DNA from: Phoronis australis
Taxonomy: Eukaryota > Animalia > Phoronida
Assembly: GCA_002633005.1 (NCBI GenBank)
Contig: NMRA01000410.1
Span: 337,977-401,976 of the forward strand
Direction: 5' to 3'
DNA: 64,000 nt
Of the stretch, positions 25,801 to 37,800 are shown piece after piece (within the stretch, counting starts at the first letter, position 1; every line of letters begins with the position of its first letter). Made by a program: the position numbers and the translations under genes. The notes below the pieces were generated by a model. It saw only the letters and a program-made list of their open reading frames with translations, was not told the DNA's origin and searched no databases.

Positions 25801-28800
25801 GGGTGATATCATTTATTTTAAATTTGTGTTACATATGTTTCTAGAAAACAAAATAAAACAAAACTCCGCTTGTCGGCCATATTGTGTCTTAAATTACAAA
25901 TGCATCGATTCTCTTCTCCTAAGCTGTATGCCTTTTCTCTTGACAACCTATTCTGCTCTTACACATTTCATTTTTCGTAACATTATCACTCAATTGAGTT
26001 AATGCCAGGACTTTCAGTGACGGCTTAAGTGACAATCAGAACGCAGCATTCTTGACAAACCTTTGTTTCCAATTAAGCCGCCATTTTACCCAACAAACAA
26101 CACGTTGTCGGGTAAAACCTTTTGTTTGTTTGTCAACATTTCGCAAGGGGACGGAGCTTGCGATGGGTCAATTAAAGTATGGTATTCCTAAATACAGACA
26201 ATTTCATTACATGTTTGATACATTGCAGCCTAAGCTTTCCAGGATTTTCCGATAGCAAATCCAGGCTCCATTTTTGGAAAATGACATCCATTTTTACCTT
26301 AGTTTGTAGTACCTGAAACATAAGCCTGGGCCGATATGCAGAAAAAAAGTAAGGACTTAACTAACCAGCACTAATTACGTCAATCAAATTAATTGTGGCT
26401 CTCCCTGTAGGCAAACATGCCTATATTTCGGGGGCTGCTTGTAAAGCGGAAAATCTTGGCATGCACTTATCAGTAAAAAGTAACGACACTTGAAATGAAA
26501 TAATGTGATTGCAAAAACAGAACTGTGGTGCATGAGAAACAACATAGTTTCTAGCAGAAAAAAATTCATTCACGAAAAGGGAACTTCTGATTAAATGAGA
26601 ATTCCCAATCATAACAAAACTAAAAAACATAGCGGATCAAAAACATCCAACAAATCGTCTTATAAACTACAAGCAACAGTCAAGCAATAGCATTATAACA
26701 AAATTCGAATACATGCGGCACTTCAGAAATCCCAATTCACCACAACGGCAAATTTCATTCTTGCTTCATATTACACAACATTGCATGCAGCCCACAAATT
26801 TAAATGAGACAGAACAGATAGCTGGTATCTCTTGGTGATTACATGTTACCACTTTTAATGTAGTTCAGTCCTAATGAAGCATTTCACACAGCAACTTCTT
26901 GATATATCGCATCAGAATACAACGAAATCCACTCATGTTTATTACCCCCTACAAATAATGCCTACAAGAAAGTGAAACAGCCACCCTGCCAGCAGGCATG
27001 GATAAGGAAGAAGCATTAACAACATCGAGGCTGGTGAAAAAAGTCTGAATTAAGGGTAACATCCTACTATTCTAGTTCATTTTCGAGTCATCTTTTCTCA
27101 TATTTCTTCATAAGAAAGTTAGCCATTGCAAGGGAAACCTAAAAGTCATGATTTTTAATGGTTATGAAAGACTTTATCAACAGGTCAGCGTATTTAGCAT
27201 CTGCAAAACTACAGATCTGATTTTTAATTGTATAATGATATTTTCTGAGAGTTGAAAGCTTGAAGACATTGATTTTTTGACTTTTTACCAGGTCTTTATT
27301 ATTAATTGGGTCATGTGACCATGTATTTTTACCGAAAATTAACAAAGAAACATTGATAACAAAGCAATAAGTGTAGGATATATGATTAAATTTTATTTAA
27401 GGTGAGATCTCGAAAACGCCGCTACAGTTTCCCAATATATCATTATGTTTTGGTATGCAACTTTAGTTATTTTTTCCATGAAAATCATAAAGTCCTGTTT
27501 TTTGATAGTCCCTCATCCAGAAGTGGAATAATTTAAAAGAATTTCTGACAACATTTTGAGGAAAAGTGCGTAAAGCATCAGTATTTGAAAGTTTCTATGA
27601 ATGAATTCAATCTGCCATTTGTAACAGGTTCTGAAGGACACTTTCTTGGGTGCCGCATATTGTTACAGTGCTTAAAACCACCAATTCAATATACAAAAAA
27701 AAACGAACACCACCAGTCCATCAGCTTTGTAATTAGAACACCAGCAAACACTACCTGAGGATAGTAATTAGCTGATTTTGAGTTAGACACATTTATTGGT
27801 TGACATATACTTCGGACAACCAATCACAGCGTTAGTCATCCTACACTGTGTTTAGTGTGAAGTCGGCAGATATTGCTGCTCGCTTTCTCGTGGTTTACAG
27901 TGGTATAATAAAGAACGGTGGAAAGTTACACTTGTGGTGTTGTGACAACTCAGTATTTGAGCATGTTGCGGATAATTCATTTTCCTGTGGAGCATCAGTG
28001 AAGCACAGACATGGCACAAGTTTGCACAAGAAACCCACGTGTTCGTGGGAATGATACACTGGCGGTAAGTACGTTTACTTTATAAGTCACACTACTGTCC
28101 GTGAAGCTAAGAAACTTTTAATTATAGTTGCTTTTCTTTTATTTTCTCATTTTGTGATATTGAATTCACAGTTGTAAAGGAAGGTTTAAATTAATATTTG
28201 TGACATTGTAATCACTTGTCAAAACAAGGTAAATGGTGGTTTTAAGCACTTCAAACCCTTCTCCCATGCACACAACAAAGTACAACATGCCATCCCATAA
28301 CTGACTACAGGGTTGCTAGGGAATTCCTGAACAAAACAGTAACAATAAAAGTACAGGTAGGATTGTATCATACTTACCTGTGTGTCCAATATTCAACTTT
28401 TAAGACAAGGAAAGAGACGGAAGAAATTAGGAACAAACCAACTTGAAGTCAATCACTACGATAAACCAGGCGAAAGTACCGTAGACATTGCGTGAGTTAA
28501 ATAGCCGGTCTTTCGAGTCCAACCTGGATATTGACTTTCAATAATGTGTCGACAATTAACCACAGAGACGTAGAAAATTACATTAGAGAACAAGTTAAGG
28601 CGCCAAAGAGTTGTCTGACGAAAGGGTTTAATTTTTTTCGGAAAACTAGGTTCGAAACATGAAAAATAAATATGACCAAATTGCGGCGATCGTAGTGTTA
28701 CGGATTAGGTATTATGCTGAATGCAGGATTACGTTTTTTCTTGTAAATTGTTGATCAAAATACTTTCTACGCGGACCAGGTCATCTGCTCATATTGTTGA

Positions 28801-31800
28801 CGAGTTGAAGACATATTCGACAGTGGTGGCTGTCATGTGCAATTAGTCACATCTGGTTTAATTTGTTGATCAAGAATATTAACATCAAGCATAGCCTGAT
28901 CCTATGCACTCACTGGGACTAACAGTTGATTTGTCATTGATCTGAAAGAATAATTGATGTTATTAAATATATTTTTTATTAAAATAATAAACCAGGCTCG
29001 TAATTGAAAATAAAAATTATTTGACCATCAATTCTGCTTTCTTGGTTGTAATAATTCTTATGTCTATTTCATGTGTTAGATTTCAAATATCCATCTGGAC
29101 CAAGTTGAATTTTAAACTTAAAACACCTGATTCATTCGTTCAAAACATAACCTCGTTTTAGAACTCAATTTCAGTTAACTGGACAATGCAATCATAGTTA
29201 TCATGTTTCTGCAGGAACCTTGTTCATCCAAGGGGAAAGGTGCCACTGCCTACTGAGAGGCGATTTTTTCACCATCAATAGCACCCCCGCCCTGTTGCAA
29301 GCTCTTATAGGCGCTGTCTCAATTTAAAGTAGCCTTTTGTGCTCTTAAAAATTGTCACCTGTATGGTTACAGGTGATGTGAACTCAGAGAGATTTTTCAC
29401 TAGGGGAATTTTTATGCCTCGTGGGGGGAATTTCGCGTGATATTTCAATATTTCTGAGAGGGAAATAGGGCCGAAATTGGGCCCCAAATTTGAGGGAGTG
29501 AGGGCCCTGTCCTTTTTGGAAAGAAAAATTATGTTTCAACCCGTAGCAGGGGCGGAACCAGGCCGGATTTTGAGTTAGGGGGGCAGGGCACAGGAATGAG
29601 CAGCATTTCGGCAGATGCGCGCGCCCAGCCTAAAATCTGGGGATGCAGGGGTCTTGAATTCTTGGGTTTGCGGACCTGTTGACTAAAAAAAACGGTAAAC
29701 GGGGTTCATTCAGCGCCTATGCATTGTTTATTCACCCCCAAGACCCCCTGGTTGCGCACGTGTGCTAGTCAGCAATTCGCACCCGAACTCAAAAATGGGA
29801 TCTGATACAATTTTAGGGGGGGGGCATGTCCCCCCCTCCCCTAAATCCGTAGTCATGAAAATACAGCCTGGCTGGCCCATTCTCCGGTCGCTACTATGAT
29901 GCTTGACAACTGAGTGGGATAAGACAATATATGATCTGACTTTTCGAAAACATTTATTTTACACGGACATATTTTGCTTCGTCGCGGCGCATGGCAACGA
30001 CCCAACGCTTCCGAATCTCAACGTCGTTAGAGATTGTAAAACAGACAGTTGCGTGTCCGTATTTTTTCTAGCCGTTCGCGGAACAACACGGACTGAAACA
30101 CAGACTCCTATACCGATAAGCTAACAGAGCTATCGTAGCGAGCCTCGTTTTGGAACGCGCCTCCTGTCGGCGTGAATACATCAATTTCACGAACATCTGT
30201 CAAGAAACTCCAAAGAAAAAGAGGAAAATAGAAGAAATAGTATTGCCAGTGATGATTTCTGTTCAGTCAGCTGTGACCAAAACATTAACAACTGTCAAAG
30301 CTGATAACATATTGGTTGGTTGGGTAAAATCATTTCACGAACACATTGGAAAAATAATTAAAAGAAACAACTGTTGTGAATTTCTGATTCAAATTAATGC
30401 AGCTTTTATCGACAACAGAATGCAAACAATCTCCGAATATAAAGCTATGGCCTTATATTCACAGCCATAGCTTCATATACTCAAATAAAAGGCTACGATA
30501 CGTTCGAATATAAAGTAACACTTGATTGTTATATGACCTTACAAGGCAATGGACTAATACAGTAAATCTCACAAATTCAGGACACAACAAGGCGGATGAG
30601 TGAAATTTTCTCATTTTTGCATAGAAAATATGTAGCGCCAAATAAATGACATACCATGTTCAAGTTAATAAATACCATCAGAAAATGTGTGCATTCACAA
30701 CAATGTCAGAAGACCTTGAAAAATGAAACAAGAGCAACGCGGAGCATTGAAATGCGCCCACGAATGCACCGCTAACGGTTTGCTTTTAGGGTTGTTTATT
30801 TGTTTCATAAAAATAGCCACTAGATGGTGCAAAAACATCAAATCCATCTGAAAACAGGGAAAAACCATCACTTCTGTAATAGAAAGCTATTTTAAAAAAT
30901 TTCACAAATATCAGTCAAGGAAATCAGAGAAACGAAGGAAAACGGAAAAAATGAAATTGCCAATATGGGGCACAGCTTTCATTGGATCGGCCTGAAAGAT
31001 GTTGTCTGTTGTTAGCTTCATAAAAATACAATAATTACTAAAGATCATGCAGTGTGTTAAGGAGATGCTGCTATGGGCGCAAAACAAAACTACCACTAGG
31101 AGGCGTCACAGTAGTCAAATTCGTTATAATCAACCGCCCTCTTCACACTGAGAACATACACGCCAATTTTCAAAATTATCCTTAGACTGGTTTGGTCGAT
31201 CGACGGGTGGATGCCAAAAACAAATTTGAAAACAGGAAAAATGGCCACTAGGTGGCACAAAGTACCTTGATTTCATCCGAAAACGGGAGGATAGCATCTC
31301 ACCAATAAATGCCTATATTCCAAATTTTCTGAAAATCTGTTGAGGACCTTTGAAGATACAGAGGTAAACCTAAAAAACTACAAGAGCAACGCAGAGCGTT
31401 GAAATGCGACCACAACTGCACAGTATACGGTATCCTTCTAGGGTTGTTCATTGATACCATAAAGTAGCCAGTAGAGGGCATATATCAGGACTTGGAATGA
31501 CCAATGACAAAAAACGCAGAAACTTTTACGGCTGATTAACCAGCCTTTGAAATGGTCAATGTGAACCTTTCCGCGACAAAAATCGGGAGGACTAAAAAAA
31601 AATTAAAAAAAAACAAAAAAAAAACGTTACCGCCATCAGTAGTATGCGTCTGCGTCCTTTTCGCTCGCCCGTCCACTCCCAACCCACACAAATTTGGCTG
31701 CAGAGCGGTAGTATTTGTCGCCGCGCTTAACCATAACACGAGCCGCCATTGAAAATCAGACCACGCTTTACCCAGATGCCCCGGCAATGTTGACAATTTA

Positions 31801-34800
31801 CGTTCCTCCGAAACATAAAGACTTCCTCTTTCCAAGGTGAACGTCGTCTGCAACGCCGCGGTAAGAAAGGAATTTTGCCGCGGAAATTTCATATCAAATC
31901 TGATTTTTTTACGAGGAAATATTATAAAAAAAGCGGAAAGCACATTTCAAAAAAGCGGAAATCCGCGTTTCCGCGGAAAATTCCAAGCCCTGATATATGT
32001 AGTATGTTGTACTTTGTAAAATGGAAAGGCATGGTCATTGTCTCCTCAATAGGCTAGGGGCAAAATGTGAGTGATCTTCATAATACAAGCACAACCTATA
32101 CATCAGTTGCTTAAAGCACCACAGAAACATATAATTAAAAACAAATTTACCAACATACGAGATTAGCACAGCATTAGAATGCCAGAAACAAATTTCTACT
32201 TGGAACTTTTCCGTCATAGTCACGAAGTAACACAAAGTATACACCTGAAGACCTATGAAAATACAGAGGTCAATGTAAAATACTAAAATTGCCACTAGAG
32301 GAATACCGGTAGTCAGAATCATCCTAAAGTCATCATCGTCCGTTGTCAACATCACATAAATACACTTGCTAAATTTAGTAAAGATCCTGCAAACGGTTTG
32401 GGAGATACAGCCATGGGCCAAAAAAAAACTGCCACTAGGAGGCGCCAGAGTAATCAAAGTCATGGGAAATTCAGCATCAACCGTCCTCTTCATGGTAAGA
32501 ACATACATGCCAATTTTCACAATCATACTTATAGCGGTTTGGTTGATAGAGGGGTGGACGCCAAAAAACAGACTCATAAACAGTAAAAATGGCCACTGGG
32601 TGTCGCAAACTAGGTCGAATCCATCCGAAAACGGGAGGATAGCGTCATCGCACTAATAGGTGCCTACATACCAAATTTCATGAAAATCTGTCAAGGACTT
32701 GTGAAGATACAGAGGTAAACGTAAAAAAATAAAATTGCCACTAGGGGGCACACTGGTAGGCGGATCCATCCAAAAGTCGTCATCGTCTGTTGTTAACATC
32801 ATATAAATACACTTATTAAATTTCGTAGAGATCCTACGAACGATTTAGGAGATACAGCCATAAGCGCAAAAAAAAAAACTGCCACTAGGAGGCGCCACAG
32901 CAATCCAAATCGTCTGAAAATCATTGTCGGCTGTCCTCTTTATAGTAAGCACATACACGCCAATTTTCACAATCATCCTTTGAGCGGTTTGGTTGATAGA
33001 GGGGTGGACGCAAAAATACAAACTCGAAAACAGAAAAATGACCACTAGGTGGCGCAAACTATGTCAAATCCATCTGAAAATGGGAGGATAGCGTCATCTC
33101 ACTAATAGGCGCCTACATACAAAATTTCATGAAAATCCGTTCAGGACTTTTGAAGATACAAAGGTAAGCGTAAAAAACTAAAATTGCCACTAGGGGGCAC
33201 ACCAGTAGTCGGATCCGTCCAAAAGTTCGCACATGCCGTCCCATTCACGAATGAAACATATGTGCCAAATTTCATGAACGTATGTCAAAGGGTTTTGGAG
33301 ATAGAGCAGCGGACGCCGGACGGACGCCGCCCGGACGGACGGACGGAGATGACGGCACAATGCGTCCAAATATAAATATGTGGGCGTATAAAAATTGGTA
33401 CTACGGGGCACATTAAGAGGCAGATCCATCCGAAAGTTGTTATAATTTGTTGTGAACACAATATAAATACACTTGCTAAATTTAGCAAAGATCCTGCAAA
33501 TGGTGTAGGAGATACAGCCATGGGCGCAAAAAAAATTGCCACTAGGAGGCGCCACAGTAAGGGAAATAGTCGAAAAATTATCGTCAGCCGAACTCTTTAT
33601 AGTAATTAGAACATACATGCCAATTTTCACAATCATCCTTAGAGCCGTTTGGTTGCTAGAGGGGTGGATGCCAAAAAAAAACAGACTAAAACAGTAAAAA
33701 TGGCCACTAGGTGGTGCAAACTTTGTCAAATCTATCCGAAAATGGGATGATAGCGTCATCTGACTAATAGATGCCTATATGCCAAATTTTATGATAATAC
33801 GTTGAGGACCTTTGAAGATATAGAGATAAGCGTAAAAATAAAATTGCCATTAGGGGGCACACCGATGGTCGGATCCGTCCGAAAGTTCGCTCATGTTGTC
33901 CCATTCATGAAAGGAACACTTGTCCAAAAATTCATGAACATATGACAAAGGGTTTTGGAAAAAGAGCAGCGGATGCCAGACGGAAAGACGCCAGACGGAA
34001 GACGGACAGGCGCTGAATGGACAGACGAACGGAGATGACGGCATAATGCGTCCACATATAAATATGTGGGCGTATAAAAAGGGTAATTTTGGCAATTTTT
34101 TCTGTCAGAAATTGGTGAGATTTTACAGCATACAACAGGTATTTTCTGTAAGTAGTCATATATTAATCAGCATTCGTACGCTCAACACTAATGAAATATC
34201 ATGAAGAACATCGATGATCCTCTTTGAGTACGATACGCCAAGTCATCAGAACTCACAATAGGTTGCAGAGCTTCTGCAGCATAGTTGAAGAAAGCAAGGA
34301 CAACTCTTATGAGATGCAAAGTTCAGCAGTTCATTTCATAACTGCTCTCCGATACCCAGACTTACCTTTCTTGCCACACACCACGTTCTTGATCCAATCA
34401 TAGCAGCCAAGAAGGGAAAAACAAAAGGTAGCAACAATCATAACCAATGGCACAACAATGATCGCAACGATGGTCCCCGTGGTCAAGGATATGTGACCGT
34501 TAGTTCCTGTAGAAAAAAACAGCATATGTTGCAATCTTGGTACTGACAACTTTTTCACATGCAATAATATCGGTCTTGGGTACACTCCCTATAATATTAA
34601 TGATAATACAGAGCCTATACAGAGCTAAAGACCANAAGCTATATGTGAATAGCATTGTTTAGTAACAAAAAATTGTGAGCTGATAGACCGTCTCACCTAA
34701 AATAAATATTCCAACCACCGTTGTCGGTATAAACCCTACCACTAAAAACAGTTTAAATGTTACCCCCCCTATCTAGTACAATAGTATCAAGTTATTTAAC

Positions 34801-37800
34801 ATCACCTTTACAAAAATCAAATATCAACAACCTTTCTCAAATTGTCATGATTTGGTTGCGAGGTTATAGCAATGCTTCTCACAAACAATATAAATTTTCC
34901 AACCTTTTGTGTTGTTCTTATGCTTGATACTTGATGCTGTCGTAGTGGGTTGTACTGCAAGAACAAAGAATGGTAAACAGAACAGCTATGTGAACGGTGA
35001 ATATGAACGGTATTAAATAGGAAACTGAAGGTTAAGATATGTAATGAAGAGCATAGTTTTCTGTTGAACCATAACGAGGGCATACACATATACTCACAGC
35101 ACTAAACTACACTTGCACTCATTAGGTTTAATGCCCAGAGGATTTCAATCAAGGATACAACAAAACATAATTACTTAGAAATAAAATTACTTCATATTCT
35201 GTGATGGGCAATAAGTGAACACTCCTTGTGGATAGTATTAACTTGATGACAATAGTGATTTGATGACAACAGTCCCTTTCAGGGTCTNAGTAGTCAAAAT
35301 CGTCGGAAAATCATTGTCAACCGTCCTCTACATAGTAAGCATATACATGCCAATTTTCACAATCATCCTTTGAGCGGTTTGGTTGATAGAGGGGTGGACG
35401 CACAAAAACAAACTCGAAAACACTAAAAATGGCCACTAGGTGGCGCAAACTACGTGGAATCCATCTGAAAACGGGAGGATAGCGTCACCTCACTAATAGG
35501 TGCCTACATACCAAATTTCATGAAAATCCGTTCAGGACTTTTGAAGATACAAAGGTAAGCGTAAAAAAATTTAAATTGCCACTAGGGGGCACACCGGTAG
35601 TCGGAACCGTCCAAAAGTCGTCATCTTTCGTTGTTAACATCATATAAATATACTTACAAAATTTCGTAAAGATCCTGCAAACGGTTTAGGAGATACAGTC
35701 ATAGGCGTAAAAAAACAAAACTGCCACTAGGAGACGCCACAGTGGTCGAAATCATCAGAAAATCATCGTCAACCGTCCTCTACATAGTAAGCATATGCAT
35801 GCCAATTTTCACAATCATCCTTTTGTCATTGTCTGTTGTTAACATAATATAAATACACTTATAAAATTTCATAAAGATCCTGCGAACGGTTTAGGAGATA
35901 GAGCCATAGGCGCAAAAAAAACTGCCACTAGGAGGCGCCACAGTAAGCCAAATCGTCTGAAAATCGTTGTCAGCTGTCCTCTTTATAGTAAGCACATACA
36001 TGCCAATTTTCACAATCATCCTTTGAGCGGTTTGGTTGATAGAGGGGTGGACGCAAAAATACAGACTCGAAAACACTAAAAATGGCCACTAGGTGGCGCA
36101 AGCTATGTCGAATCTATCTGAAAACGGGAGGATAGCGTCATCTCACTGATAGGTGCCTACATATCAGATTTCATGAAAATCCGTTCAGGACTTTTGAAGA
36201 TACAAAGGTAAGCGTAAAAAACTAAAATTGCCACTAGGGGGCACACCGGTAGTCGGATCCGTCCAAAAGTCGTCATCTTCCGTTGCTAACATCATATAAA
36301 TATACTTACACAATTTCGTAAAGATCCTGAGAACGGTTTAGGAGTACAATGCACCGCAACATAGCGGCATTAACTCTGCAAATGAACCACTTACGTCCCT
36401 GAGTCGTTTCTCACCTTCCTCGCAGGACAACGCGACACCTCTCGGCAAGGTAACGTCGACCGTATGCAAGGCAATGTGGATATAGACCGATTAAGACGGC
36501 AGAAAAGACTAATTAAATTGGGTGGCATTCACCTTTAATTTAATCAAATTGTGAAAACTGAACAAAAGGGGGGTGGGCAAATTAACGTTCCTCACAACAT
36601 TTCATACTTCTATGGAGTACATAATTTTAGTTATTGCTGGTGTTCAGGGGGAGTTGCCCCCAGTGCCAGCAAAGGGGTACAAGGGAGGAGTGCAAACTAG
36701 GTGGGCGACAAATGGGTTTTGACCCCTTCCCACGGGGGTAAATATGAGAAATGCTGAGTGCTAAACAGGTAAAAACCAATGGGGTATGCCAAATGAGCGT
36801 TAAGCCCCTTCCATAGTCACAAATTTTGGTTTTTCCCCTGACCATTAATAACATGTGCTGAGGTGGTGATAAGATTTGACCCTGGTTTTGAGCATGACCC
36901 CAATGACTTTTGCTTGTAATAGCTGGTAGCGATCATGCACCAGTATCATACGGGGTTTTTTCCAATTTTTCATATGTTAATCTCCAGGTTCGAGTGACGC
37001 CCAAAGTACAGGTGGGTTGTTGAAACTTACGCATCCCTATTAATACACCCGGCTACTACCAGTGCAGACAATTGGTTTGCAGTTGGTGTAACACAAGTAA
37101 GAAGAAGAAAGCAAGAAACATCATCACTGCCACAACATAACATTCCATTCTAATGCTCCCTCACCTAATTTTAGAAGACGGACTTTGACAACAAGGTATC
37201 TGCAGAACGAAGAGCATAGCCTGCATACAACAGTGGCACCGGGGCTGCGATTGACTTGTCTTCCAACTGCGAACAAAACACACAAAATGAAAGACATATC
37301 ATATTATTGAATAACAAATAATTCTTACATTTCTGGATTCTTAGGAAACCTAAAAAAATGACATGTCTGGGGTTTTCGTGGATGAATTTGTACAATTTAT
37401 CGCACTGCAAAATGTGTCCTTCCCCATTGTTCTTGCGCTTGCTACTTGACCGTTGCTTATTCGCCAGATGGCGGTGTTGATAGCTATGATCCANAAAGCT
37501 ATATGTGAATAGCATTGTTTAGTAACAAAAAATTGTGAGCTGATAGACCGTCTCACCTAAAATAAATATTCTAACCACTGTTGTCGGTATAAACCCTAAC
37601 ACTACAAACAGTAATAAAGGTTACCCCCTATCTAGTACAATCGTATCAAGTTATTTAACATCACCTCTACAAAAATCAAATATCAACAGCCTTTCTCAAA
37701 TTGTCATGATTTGGTTGCGAGGTTACAATGCTTCTCACAAACAATATGAATTTTCCAACCTTTTGTGTTGTTCTTATGCTTGATACTTGATGCTGTCGTA

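Noticed and set aside
26298-26312. 15-nt micro-exon cag|GTACTACAAACTAAG|gt
   Set aside because: Contains TAA in the required phase.
32035-34159. Long hydrophobic ORFs (180, 189 aa etc.)
   Set aside because: Translations of the HINE tandem repeat; no independent coding signal.
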